A DNA stretch of 64,000 bases from Bacteroidota bacterium (GTDB lineage Bacteria > Bacteroidota > Bacteroidia > Chitinophagales > Chitinophagaceae): contig JAKQGX010000035.1 of the NCBI GenBank assembly GCA_029573235.1, positions 9,367 through 73,366 of the forward strand, written 5' to 3'. Each line of letters starts with the position of its first letter. Within the stretch, counting starts at the first letter, position 1. The position numbers and the translations under genes were made by a program. A model generated the notes under the pieces. That model was not told the origin of the DNA. It made no database searches and was given only the letters and a program-made list of their open reading frames with translations. Below, one piece after another: positions 36,441 through 45,666 of this stretch.

Positions 36441-37049
36441 ATGAAGATAATTTGCATTGGCAGAAACTATTCGGAACATGCTCGGGAATTGAATAATGCC
36501 GTGCCGGAGTCGCCGGTGGTATTTTTAAAGCCCGCAACAGCACTCTTACAAAGAGGTAGGGATTTTTACCTTCCCGATTTCTCAAATGATATCCATTACG
36601 AAGCGGAGTTGGTCATAAAGATTAGCAAGAATGGAAAGTATGTGCAAGAGAAATTTGCGACCAATTATATTGGCGATATTACCGTGGGAATCGACTTTAC
36701 AGCTCGCGACCTTCAGCAGCAGCAAAAAGAAAATGGATTGCCTTGGGAAATAGCAAAGGCTTTTGATAACTCGGCAGTAGTGGGCGAATTTATGGCTTCA
36801 GAAGGTAAAGACATCCAAAATTTACAGTTTCAATTAGAGAAAAACCACCAGTTGGTGCAACAGGGTTTTACGGGTGATATGCTTTTTAGTGTCCGCACTA
36901 TTATTGCTTATGTGTCACAGTATTTTTCGCTTCAAAAAGGAGATTTGATTTTTACAGGAACTCCGGCAGGGGTAGGTAGGGTAGAGAAAGGAGATGTGTT
37001 GCGTGGTAGTTTGGAAGGAAAGACGTTATTTGAATTATCCATTAAATAG
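36441..37049 (+). CDS. Fumarylacetoacetate hydrolase (FAH) family protein
   Basis: 202 aa. MKIICIGRNYSEHARE, YEAELV, and FTGTPAGVG motifs. Confidence 0.85.
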   Translation: MKIICIGRNYSEHARELNNAVPESPVVFLKPATALLQRGRDFYLPDFSNDIHYEAELVIKISKNGKYVQEKFATNYIGDITVGIDFTARDLQQQQKENGLPWEIAKAFDNSAVVGEFMASEGKDIQNLQFQLEKNHQLVQQGFTGDMLFSVRTIIAYVSQYFSLQKGDLIFTGTPAGVGRVEKGDVLRGSLEGKTLFELSIK

Positions 37050-37166
37050 CCTCTGAAAGGCATCCTTGCTATTATGTTTTTAGGACGTTAAGAACGACAG
37101 ATAAAAAGGGCATTTTAGGATTAGTGCTAATCTTTGTTGCATAAATTGAATTCTATTTTGTTTTTT

Positions 37167-37913
37167 ATGAAACCATCTTTGAAAAACAGTTCACTATTCA
37201 TCAACAGTTGTTGGAAGAAAACGAGTACCCTCATCATGCTATTATGGACATTGGCTGCTATTCCGGCGACGGCTCAAAAAAGCTGTCATGACTTGGCAAT
37301 TGATGGATTGGCAGCAACGGTTAAAAATAAATTTTCCAAACAAGGAATGCATGTATATCGGGAAGCAATGCTTGAAATGAGTTCATTGGAGCCAACGCCC
37401 ATAGCCTTAAACTTGCAACAGAACACCACGTACCAACTTATTTTCATTGGTAATTCACATGCAAACAAACTTGCCATCGAGTTGTTTGATGAATCGGATA
37501 AAATGCTGTATCATAAAACTGAACGTGGTGTAGATTATATCCTTTATACCTTTACGCCACCGCGCACTGAAGTGTATTTAGTAACCCTGTTGCAAAAAAA
37601 AGGAACGGGAAAAGTATGCGGCTACTTTTGCATCATGACGAACAGTCCTGTTTCGAATCCAACAAAAGAAGCACCTGAAAAGAAACCTGTAACGACACCT
37701 AAACCGGCTACTACCAAATCGACGCCACCGGCAACAAAGAAACTGGTATCGCCTACTCAACCATCGGCTACAACGCCCCCTCATCAAGTGCCTCCGAAAC
37801 AAACCAACACGCCGGTGCCTAAAACCAACACTAGGAACATACCCGATAACCAACGCCCCAACCCCAATCGTACCAAGGCTACAGAAGAATATCAAAAGCA
37901 GCAAAACAAATAA
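37167..37913 (+). CDS. Secreted hypothetical protein with a Pro/Thr/Lys-rich C-terminal tail
   Basis: Signal-like N-terminus, an about 140-aa globular part, then an about 90-aa low-complexity PT-rich tail. Start set at ATG 37167. Confidence 0.5.
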   Translation: MKPSLKNSSLFINSCWKKTSTLIMLLWTLAAIPATAQKSCHDLAIDGLAATVKNKFSKQGMHVYREAMLEMSSLEPTPIALNLQQNTTYQLIFIGNSHANKLAIELFDESDKMLYHKTERGVDYILYTFTPPRTEVYLVTLLQKKGTGKVCGYFCIMTNSPVSNPTKEAPEKKPVTTPKPATTKSTPPATKKLVSPTQPSATTPPHQVPPKQTNTPVPKTNTRNIPDNQRPNPNRTKATEEYQKQQNK

Positions 37914-37963
37914 ATTCTCTACGTTGCAATAAGTATCTTTGCTGCACATTGTACGATTCCTGC

Positions 37964-38638
37964 ATGGATGTAAAAATTGAAGCTAGCTGGAAACAAATCC
38001 TTTCAGAGGAATTTGAAATGCCTTATTTCGAAGGAATCGTGCAGCATTTGAAGCTTGCCAAACAGGAAGGCAAGACTATTTTTCCACCGGGACCGCTTAT
38101 CTTCAATGCTTTTGCGCATACCCCATTCGACTATGTGAAGGTGGTACTTTTAGGGCAAGACCCTTACCACAACCCGGGTCAGGCACATGGGCTTTCTTTT
38201 TCTGTTCCAAACGGCATTACGCCTCCTCCTTCATTGATGAACATGTACAAGGAAATAGAAAGTGATTTAGGAATTCCGGTTCCCAAGTCGGGCAATCTGG
38301 AGGGATGGGCAAAACAAGGGGTACTCTTGCTCAATGCGGCTTTAACGGTGGAAGCTAACAGCCCTATGTCGCACAGTGCTATTGGCTGGCATCAGTTTAC
38401 CAATCAGGTCATTCGTGTTTTGTCGGACAAGAAGGAACACTTGGTATTCTTGTTATGGGGTAATTTTGCTAAGAGCAAACAAACATTTATTGATAGCCAA
38501 AAACATTTAGTATTAACAGCAGCCCATCCTTCTCCATTGTCAGCGTACAATGGTTTTTTTGGATGTAAACATTTTAGTCTTGCCAACCAATGGCTCAATG
38601 ATAAAGGAATGGCTGCAATAGATTGGTCTGTAACATGA
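37964..38638 (+). CDS. ung: Uracil-DNA glycosylase (family 1)
   Basis: LLGQDPYHNPGQAHGLSFSV and HPSPLSA motifs. Start at ATG 37964. Confidence 0.95.
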   Translation: MDVKIEASWKQILSEEFEMPYFEGIVQHLKLAKQEGKTIFPPGPLIFNAFAHTPFDYVKVVLLGQDPYHNPGQAHGLSFSVPNGITPPPSLMNMYKEIESDLGIPVPKSGNLEGWAKQGVLLLNAALTVEANSPMSHSAIGWHQFTNQVIRVLSDKKEHLVFLLWGNFAKSKQTFIDSQKHLVLTAAHPSPLSAYNGFFGCKHFSLANQWLNDKGMAAIDWSVT

Positions 38639-39387
38639 AATTATTAAAGAAAGTAGCGGGTACGGTGTACTTTTTTTACGGAGTAACACTGTTTATTGTC
38701 ACCATGCTGATTATACTATTGCCAGTATGGGCATCAACCATTATCAAAGAGCCAAGAAGAGCTCGTTTTTTACATCCAATTTTTAAAGGTTGGATGTCAT
38801 TTTTTTTACCATTGGTAGGTTGCCCGGTATCACGTAGAGGTAAAGAGCATTTTAAGAAAGGAGAAAATTATGTAGTGGTTATCAACCACAATTCATTAGT
38901 AGATATTCCGGTGTCTTCACCGTGGATACCGGGTGCCAATAAAACACTTGCTAAAGCAGAGATGGCGCGGATTCCGATATTTGGAATTGTCTATAGAGCG
39001 GGCTCTATATTGGTCAATAGAAAAGATGAGAAAAGCCGCAGAGATAGTTTTAACACGATGAATGAGATGCTTCGTCGTGGACTTCATCTTTGCTTGTATC
39101 CGGAAGGTACCCGTAATAAAACCAACCTGCCGCTACAGAAGTTTTTTGACGGTGCCTTTATCACGGCTATTCGCACGCAGAAACCCATCATACCCGGACT
39201 TATCTTTAACACCAAAAAGATTTATCCATCTACCGGCAAAATGTGGGCAACTCCTAATAAAATTCATATACACTTCTTAGCACCTATCGAAACGAAGGGA
39301 CTAACGCTTAAAAATCTCGAAGAGCTGAAAGAGAAAGTGCACCAAATTATGGAATCGCATTACGTAGAAAACGAAAGCAAGCTATGA
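38635..39387 (+). CDS. plsC: 1-acyl-sn-glycerol-3-phosphate acyltransferase
   Basis: NHNSLVDI (HX4D) and YPEGTRN motifs. N-terminal TM. ATGA overlap with the ung stop. Confidence 0.85.
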   Translation: MKLLKKVAGTVYFFYGVTLFIVTMLIILLPVWASTIIKEPRRARFLHPIFKGWMSFFLPLVGCPVSRRGKEHFKKGENYVVVINHNSLVDIPVSSPWIPGANKTLAKAEMARIPIFGIVYRAGSILVNRKDEKSRRDSFNTMNEMLRRGLHLCLYPEGTRNKTNLPLQKFFDGAFITAIRTQKPIIPGLIFNTKKIYPSTGKMWATPNKIHIHFLAPIETKGLTLKNLEELKEKVHQIMESHYVENESKL

Positions 39388-40154
39388 TCTATACAATAGT
39401 TGGCACGGGTAACATGGCCTATTTTCTGGGCAAAAGACTACATGCGACCGGTGCGCTTTGTGTAGGTGTGTATGGAAGGAATACGGAGCGTGCAAAGACC
39501 TTGGCAGGTATGCTGGATGCACCTACCCTAACTTCTTTGCAGCATTTGCCATCGGATGCCAACTGTTGCATTCTTGCCGTGTCGGATGGTGCTATAAAAG
39601 AAATATCAACAGCGTTATCACTTACCGAAACAGTGATGATTCACACCTCAGGGGCTACCTCTTTGGAGGCCATTGAGCAGCCTCACAAAGCATGTCTTTG
39701 GCCAATATTTTCTATTCACAAACAGAATGATGTTGAGCATCGAGAAATACCTATTATCTGTGATAGCAATACGGAAAAAGCACAAGCAGCCGTGCTAAAA
39801 TTAGCTCGATCTATTTCGGATAATGTACAGGAAGCAGCGTATGAAAAACGTTTACAATTACACTTGGTAGCGGCAATGGGTAATAATTTTACCAATCATC
39901 TTTTAGCCATTTGCCAACGATATTGCGAGGAAAAGCAATTGTCTTTTGATTTGTTCAAACCCATCTTGCAACAAACATTTGAACGTCTCAATACCATCTC
40001 CCCCTTTCTTTCGCAAACCGGTGCTGCTCGCCGAAACGATACACAAACCATGCAGATGCATCTTTCCTTGTTGCAAGAACATCCTTTGTGGGCACAGCTT
40101 TACCGTGATTTTTCTAATTCTATAAAAGATATGTATAGCACTATCGGAGAATAA
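39384..40154 (+). CDS. Rossmann-fold DUF2520-like protein
   Basis: 256 aa. MIYTIVGTGNMAYFLGKRL dinucleotide-binding start. ATGA overlap with plsC. Confidence 0.55.
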   Translation: MIYTIVGTGNMAYFLGKRLHATGALCVGVYGRNTERAKTLAGMLDAPTLTSLQHLPSDANCCILAVSDGAIKEISTALSLTETVMIHTSGATSLEAIEQPHKACLWPIFSIHKQNDVEHREIPIICDSNTEKAQAAVLKLARSISDNVQEAAYEKRLQLHLVAAMGNNFTNHLLAICQRYCEEKQLSFDLFKPILQQTFERLNTISPFLSQTGAARRNDTQTMQMHLSLLQEHPLWAQLYRDFSNSIKDMYSTIGE

Positions 40155-40217
40155 CGTTTCTGATACATTAACTTGCAGCCTGATTTATTTTTTAGATCAC
40201 GAACATCTATTGAAAGC

Positions 40218-40556
40218 ATGTACACTATCAAATTTAATTTTGAACAAAAAGGATTGGAACCTGTTACGGTTACCGATGCCCGCCCCGGAGATAGTATTTT
40301 AGAAGTAGCCTTAGAGCATGGTATCGACCTCCATCATAATTGCGGAATGGTATGCGCTTGTAGCACATGCCATATTTATCTAGAAAGTGGTGAAGAACAT
40401 GTGCCGGAAATATCGGACAGAGAAGAAGATTTTATTGACCGCGCTCGAAACCCGAAGCTCAGCTCCAGATTAGGCTGCCAATGTGTATTAGAAGATGAAG
40501 GCAGCGGTACCATCATCGTTACCGTACCCGACCAAACACTTATTCACGGCGAATAG
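40218..40556 (+). CDS. fdx: [2Fe-2S] ferredoxin, ISC/adrenodoxin type
   Basis: Cys ligand pattern NCGMVCACSTCH ... LGCQC. Start set at ATG 40218 (MYTIKFNF). Confidence 0.85.
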   Translation: MYTIKFNFEQKGLEPVTVTDARPGDSILEVALEHGIDLHHNCGMVCACSTCHIYLESGEEHVPEISDREEDFIDRARNPKLSSRLGCQCVLEDEGSGTIIVTVPDQTLIHGE

Positions 40557-40604
40557 TACGCAGTCATTTTTTATACCACCATTTATCTTTTAACATACAT
40601 CAAC

Positions 40605-40838
40605 ATGTACGAACCTCCTATTTATTGGAACGACCACGAAGACATTGCCCTAAAACTCTATGAAAAATTCGGTGATGAATTTACTGAAAGCAAAATCTAC
40701 CGCATCCGATTTACAGACCTTATCGAATGGGTGCTGCAACTGCCCCATTTTGAAGGGAAACGTGAAGAATGTACAGAAGGGCACTTAGAAATGATTCAAA
40801 GTGCTTGGGTATATGAATGGCGCGACAATCAGGATTAG
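40605..40838 (+). CDS. iscX: IscX (YfhJ)-like Fe-S assembly protein
   Basis: 77 aa, acidic. The W.D.EDIALKLYEKF...IRFTDLIEWV...LE.I..AWV.EW pattern parallels E. coli IscX. Follows fdx as in isc operons. Confidence 0.7.
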   Translation: MYEPPIYWNDHEDIALKLYEKFGDEFTESKIYRIRFTDLIEWVLQLPHFEGKREECTEGHLEMIQSAWVYEWRDNQD

Positions 40839-41050
40839 TATCGATTGTTGGAATGACGTGGCTTGATAGTCTTGTAACGTCGGTACGATTTTGCCTTTAC
40901 GCGTGTTTGCCGATAAGTAGTTGGGTCATACCGATACCCTGCGCCACGGTAGGCTTCCCTGGGATATGCAGACCTATTGCATGAAGAGGCGGCAAATACA
41001 AATATGATAGCGATGGCAAGAAGACCAAAAACGTAAAGTGACTTATTCAT
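40835..41050 (-). CDS. Small basic Tyr/Arg-rich lipoprotein (hypothetical)
   Basis: About 71 aa from ATG 41050. Lipobox AASSC, then a YR-rich tail. Confidence 0.35.
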   Translation of the reverse strand: MNKSLYVFGLLAIAIIFVFAASSCNRSAYPREAYRGAGYRYDPTTYRQTRVKAKSYRRYKTIKPRHSNNRY

Positions 41051-41115
41051 ACCGTCTAAAAATACAAAGGATTTACTAAAATACAAGTACTGAATACAAT
41101 TTCATTTCAATTTGT

Positions 41116-41472
41116 CTAATCACGGCGGTAGTTGCCTGAAATTTTAAACACATCTTTATCTGTTCGTAAAGAGGCTTGTACCGATAAGTTGTTTTCGGAC
41201 TCTCTCCACTTGATGGAAAACTGTGGTGTCATTTCCGGTGTGATGAGTTGCAAAAATTTTACTTGGGGGGCATCCACTAATTGAATCGATTGCTTGCGCT
41301 GCCATTCCATAATTTCTTTAATAAGTTGCATGGTACAAACACCTGGTACTACGGGCTGCCCGGGGAAGTGTCCTTGAAAGATAGGGTGCGCCGCATTAAA
41401 GTGTATCGTTCCTTCTATAGAATCATCGCCGGAAGTAACTTGGCTGATTCGGTAAAAATCATTCATCAACAT
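41116..41472 (-). CDS. FabZ/FabA-like hotdog dehydratase
   Basis: 118 aa. The HPIFQGHFPGQPVVPGV motif is typical of 3-hydroxyacyl-ACP dehydratases. Overlaps the upstream gene. Confidence 0.75.
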   Translation of the reverse strand: MLMNDFYRISQVTSGDDSIEGTIHFNAAHPIFQGHFPGQPVVPGVCTMQLIKEIMEWQRKQSIQLVDAPQVKFLQLITPEMTPQFSIKWRESENNLSVQASLRTDKDVFKISGNYRRD

Positions 41473-42109
41473 GGGTATCTATTTTTTGTAGTTGAATACT
41501 GAAATTTGCTTTGTGATGCTTTATTAATACGGTTTCAGGCAATGCTGTTGGGGTTGTTTTAGATCCGATAAATATAGTGGTAACTTTCTTCTTTCCTACA
41601 TTTTCTATTCGCTTTAGTTGTCCGTTTTCAGAAATATAATAGACGGTTCCCCTTTCTAAGGGGTAGCGTTGATAAAGTGCTTCGCTAGTTTGAAAATTCC
41701 TTTCTGTAGTGATATCAATTCCCCGCATCATCAATAGTTGTAAGTCTTTTTGTAGGGTTTTTATGAGTGCAGGACGGTCTAATTGGGGTATTACTTGTTT
41801 AACACTAAAACGGTCGGAACGATCCCATTCAAAATCAAAAAAACTAATGCCCATTTCATTCTGAAACACTACCCGGGTACTACTGTCTTCCATTTTTTTG
41901 AATAACAATATACCGCTCAAGTGAAATTTTTTCAAAAGAAAACGCCCGTCAATTATACCCCGATACAGCTCTTTCTCAAAAACTGGTTGGTATTGCATGG
42001 CGGAAGCTACATGGGTTTCTGTGGTGGGCTTCAGTTGGGAGTAGAAATTGCTACAGGAGCACAGTGCCAACAAAAGGAATACGCTACTTAACCTTAAACA
42101 ATGTTTCAT
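41459..42109 (-). CDS. Hypothetical lipoprotein (LolA-partner type)
   Basis: 216 aa. Lipobox LLALCSC. Overlaps both neighbours. Confidence 0.5.
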   Translation of the reverse strand: MKHCLRLSSVFLLLALCSCSNFYSQLKPTTETHVASAMQYQPVFEKELYRGIIDGRFLLKKFHLSGILLFKKMEDSSTRVVFQNEMGISFFDFEWDRSDRFSVKQVIPQLDRPALIKTLQKDLQLLMMRGIDITTERNFQTSEALYQRYPLERGTVYYISENGQLKRIENVGKKKVTTIFIGSKTTPTALPETVLIKHHKANFSIQLQKIDTHVDE

Positions 42110-42722
42110 GCAGTGGCGTATTATGTTTAGGATTGGAGAAATTCATGTCTGTAACATCTCCGCCGTTCTCTTTCATCACCAACCTGGATACATCATACGT
42201 TTTTTTGGTCATGTAAATTTCTATTCCGGCAAACATCTTTTTCATATCCACATTCGTTGGCAATAGAGCTATCATGTAGTCGCTGCCATTCTCATACACC
42301 GCAGCTTTAAAATCGGGGTTGGTGAGGATAGTGCCCCTCATGCAATCTACCATTATACGGTTGACCGATTGCATAGCTTTGCTGTTTTTGGTATTTATTT
42401 TACTGGTTTTTTGCTCGTCTTTCACCAGTACCTGTCCTTTGTTTAGTACCAATATATAGCTGAAGGGTTGGGTGTATTCTATGCGCACTTTATCTTCTTT
42501 CATAAAATAAAACTTGCCTTTTGATTTTACTTTTTCAGCTAATAAAGACATGTTTTTTATTTGAATGAAATCGCTAGCAACTGTTTGTATGGTGCTATTG
42601 GCTTTGGACAATGCTGATTGAAAAGCATCGGTGTTTTTTACAAGGCTAAACCCTTTGGGCTGTGCGTTTGCCATGCCGGCTATCAATAATCCTATTAAAA
42701 TGAGGGACGATACTTTATTCAT
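42084..42722 (-). CDS. LolA-like outer-membrane lipoprotein carrier family protein
   Basis: Signal peptide ending ANAQ. The F.QIKNMSLL...SKGKFYFMKEDKVRIEYTQP pattern is typical of LolA-like proteins. Start at ATG 42722. Confidence 0.7.
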   Translation of the reverse strand: MNKVSSLILIGLLIAGMANAQPKGFSLVKNTDAFQSALSKANSTIQTVASDFIQIKNMSLLAEKVKSKGKFYFMKEDKVRIEYTQPFSYILVLNKGQVLVKDEQKTSKINTKNSKAMQSVNRIMVDCMRGTILTNPDFKAAVYENGSDYMIALLPTNVDMKKMFAGIEIYMTKKTYDVSRLVMKENGGDVTDMNFSNPKHNTPLHETLFKVK

Positions 42723-43479
42723 AAGGAGGTATATCAAGAAGTTTGTCTAATCGTACGATTTCGTATCCTTTGTTTCGAATTGCAGTAATTAATTCCGGTA
42801 AAATACGTGCAGTAATTTCCATACTGTCATGCAACAAAATTATATCACCGCCTTGCATTTTATTCAAAATACGCGCCAAAAGTTGTTCCGATGTTTTAGC
42901 GGTAGTGTCGTAAGAGCGGATGCTCCATCCGATAGAATGCATGCCGCTGCGTGCAATGGCTTTTGCTAAATTGGGATTGGTGATGCCGTATGGAGGACGA
43001 AAGAGTTTGGGCGTTTTGCCGATTATCGCTGCAATTTGTTCATTGGTTTGTTGCAGCTCTTGTTGCATTCGTTGGGCAGATTGCCAATCGAAGTGAAAGC
43101 CGTGATGATAACTATGATTACCTACTAGATGCCCTTCGCTATCCCATCGTTTTACCAATTCCGGATGTTGTGCTGCGCGAGCACCAATGCTGAAAAAAGT
43201 AGCCGGTACTTGATGTGCTCTTAAAAAGTCTAAAATCTTTTCTGTGGCAGCAGCCGGTCCATCGTCGAAGGTGAGTGCCACCCAATTTTTGTGATTGCCT
43301 TTATGGAGCGATTGTGTAAAAAAATTCCATTGGATCTTTGATGCCCCTAGTACCAAAAGAATGAGGTAAACCACTGCCCATACAATCAACCAACTACTGA
43401 TTCCTTTTATTACAAGTGTGATGCCCATAATAGCCAGAAAGAGTAGGGTGCAATATGTATAAGGACGGCGCAAGGTCAT
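42715..43479 (-). CDS. Polysaccharide deacetylase (NodB/CE4) with an N-terminal membrane anchor
   Basis: 254 aa. ALTFDDGP and GNHSYHH motifs. Confidence 0.85.
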   Translation of the reverse strand: MTLRRPYTYCTLLFLAIMGITLVIKGISSWLIVWAVVYLILLVLGASKIQWNFFTQSLHKGNHKNWVALTFDDGPAAATEKILDFLRAHQVPATFFSIGARAAQHPELVKRWDSEGHLVGNHSYHHGFHFDWQSAQRMQQELQQTNEQIAAIIGKTPKLFRPPYGITNPNLAKAIARSGMHSIGWSIRSYDTTAKTSEQLLARILNKMQGGDIILLHDSMEITARILPELITAIRNKGYEIVRLDKLLDIPPYE

Positions 43480-43507
43480 GTTATCAGTACCGGTGATCTT
43501 TGAGTAG

Positions 43508-43894
43508 TTATTTTTTTATCACGCCTAATAACAACAACAACCAACCGACAATAAAAAACAAACCACCGATGGGAGTGATGAGTCCTAAACCGCCCAGTCC
43601 TACTTGCCCACTGATCTTTAAAAAAGTCATCAAGTAAAGAGAGCCGCTAAAACAGCAAATGCCCAAAATAAAAAACAGGGCTGCAGTGCGGATGAGTTTA
43701 TGTGTAAATGTGGCTGACAACAATCCGGTTAATATCAATGCCAGACTGTGATACATTTGATAGCGGGCGCCGGTTTCAAATACTTGAAATTGCTCTGCTG
43801 TCAAGTGTGGTTTTAGTGCGTGTGCACCAAAGGCACCCAGAATTACGGATAAAGCGGCGAAGATAATGCCGGCGCTGATGGCTGTTTTGTTCAT
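43508..43894 (-). CDS. DUF423 membrane protein
   Basis: 128 aa, 4 TM. ILGAFGAHALK motif. Confidence 0.75.
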   Translation of the reverse strand: MNKTAISAGIIFAALSVILGAFGAHALKPHLTAEQFQVFETGARYQMYHSLALILTGLLSATFTHKLIRTAALFFILGICCFSGSLYLMTFLKISGQVGLGGLGLITPIGGLFFIVGWLLLLLGVIKK

Positions 43895-43898
43895 GCGA

Positions 43899-44417
43899 TT
43901 ACAATAGCTGTTGGAAGTTGCAAAGGTGCAGTTTTTCTATGTCAAAAATATAGTGTGCTTGCTCATAAAACACTTTTCGATGGTTTAATAACTGTGAAAG
44001 TTTTGCTTGCAACGTTGCCTTGTTGGGAGCCGAAAGTAGTGGACGCTGCTCTGATGACGACAACGATAAATGATGGAGTAGAGTGGGCAATGAGGCTCGT
44101 AGGTAAATAGTTGTACCGACTTCATTCAGCCAAGTCATCGTATGGTAGTAGCAGGGTGTCCCTCCACCCAAACTGATGACGGTTTTCCGGTTTATGGTGC
44201 GTACAAGTTGAAGGAGGGTTTGATGTTCTATTTCTCTGAATCGCACTTCGCCCTCTTGGCTGATAATAGCTGCAATGCTGTGCCCGATTTGGATTTCAAT
44301 AAAGGTATCTAAATCGATATGGTCAATTGCATATTGTTGTGCGATTGCTTTCCCCCAGTAGGTTTTGCCAACTCCGGGCATGCCTATCAAAAATACTATA
44401 TCAGCTTTCCTTACCAT
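43899..44417 (-). CDS. aroK: Shikimate kinase
   Basis: 172 aa. P-loop GMPGVGKT and ISLGGG motif. Confidence 0.8.
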   Translation of the reverse strand: MVRKADIVFLIGMPGVGKTYWGKAIAQQYAIDHIDLDTFIEIQIGHSIAAIISQEGEVRFREIEHQTLLQLVRTINRKTVISLGGGTPCYYHTMTWLNEVGTTIYLRASLPTLLHHLSLSSSEQRPLLSAPNKATLQAKLSQLLNHRKVFYEQAHYIFDIEKLHLCNFQQLL

Positions 44418-45657
44418 TGATATGTTTTAAAAGCAGGCTCAGCGCCATTTGTAAGGCTATTTCTTTATTACGGATGCGGTCGTAATGGATATGATATTTT
44501 TGGGCTATTGTATGTACGCCATCACTTACGGCTATCCATACGGTGCCTGTTTCGGATGGGGCTTGTTGTGGCGACGGGCTCAGCCAACCGGTAATGCCCA
44601 ATCCAAAATCGCTCTTCAATAGTTGGCGCACTTGTATTGCCATTTGCAGAGCTACCGCTTCACTTACCGGTCCTTGTGTTTCAAGAATTGTATTGGGTAT
44701 TCCTAATACTGATGTTTTTACTAGATTGGTATAACAAATGATACCTCCTTGAAAATATTCTGAGGCACCGGGTAATTGCGTTAGCGTATGACCAATATAG
44801 CCACCGGTGCAGCTTTCCGCCAATGCAAGTGTTTTCTTTTGGCTCAAAAAAATATTCTTTACCAATTGCTCTAATGGTACATCTTCTAAAGCGATAACAA
44901 CTTCTTTCAACCTTTCTGCCAACTGTTGTTGGAACTTTCCCATTTCCATTTCTAATGCTGTGGCATCAAAGCTTGTACCAGTGAGTCGTAGTTTTACTAT
45001 TCGGAAATGAGGGAGGTATGCGAGTTTGATATGTGAGGGCAACTCATTCTCGATGTCGGCAATTTTATCGGCTAAAAAACTTTCGCCCATACCTATCGTT
45101 ACAATATGCTTGTGAAGAATAGTTGTATGAGCGTTCTTTTGTTTTAGTCGGGGTAGTATGGCATCTTCCATGATGCCCATCATTTCATAAGGCACACCGG
45201 GCATGGCTATTATGGTTGTACCTTCTTTTTCAAACTGCATTCCGGGTGCTGTGCCTCGTTGGTTAAGTACCACTTTGCACGTATCCGGTACGGCTGCTTG
45301 AGCACGGTTCCGCTCTAGTAAGGGTAGGTTTCTTTTTTCGAAAATGGCGCTTACCATTTGCAATACGGTTTCATCCATCACTAGTTTCCCGCCAAAGTAC
45401 TCGCAGAGCAAGGGTTTAGTAAGGTCATCGGCAGTAGGTCCTAATCCACCGGTGATTAACACAAGTTCGCAATTCGGTATAGCATCGTCCAAGGCTTCGC
45501 GAATCATGTGGGCATCATCGCCAACAGCTATCCGCTTGACAACAGCAATGCCGCATGCTTGCAACTGTTTTGCCATCCACGTAGAGTTGGTGTCTATCGT
45601 TTGACCCATTAACAACTCATCACCGATGGTAATAATGATGGCTTTATTTTGTTTCAT
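44401..45657 (-). CDS. cinA: CinA: MoCF-type domain plus nicotinamide-nucleotide amidohydrolase (PncC) domain
   Basis: 418 aa. IITIGDELLMGQTIDTNS start, TGGLGPTADD, and C-terminal AESCTGG. Confidence 0.9.
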   Translation of the reverse strand: MKQNKAIIITIGDELLMGQTIDTNSTWMAKQLQACGIAVVKRIAVGDDAHMIREALDDAIPNCELVLITGGLGPTADDLTKPLLCEYFGGKLVMDETVLQMVSAIFEKRNLPLLERNRAQAAVPDTCKVVLNQRGTAPGMQFEKEGTTIIAMPGVPYEMMGIMEDAILPRLKQKNAHTTILHKHIVTIGMGESFLADKIADIENELPSHIKLAYLPHFRIVKLRLTGTSFDATALEMEMGKFQQQLAERLKEVVIALEDVPLEQLVKNIFLSQKKTLALAESCTGGYIGHTLTQLPGASEYFQGGIICYTNLVKTSVLGIPNTILETQGPVSEAVALQMAIQVRQLLKSDFGLGITGWLSPSPQQAPSETGTVWIAVSDGVHTIAQKYHIHYDRIRNKEIALQMALSLLLKHINGKES

Positions 45658-45666
45658 GAAAAAGGA

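Noticed and set aside
37578-37949. A 123-aa Arg/Cys-rich minus-strand ORF.
   Set aside because: It is antisense to the Pro/Thr-rich tail of the 37167-37913 gene. CCN/ACN codon repeats generate an open Arg/Gly-rich mirror frame.
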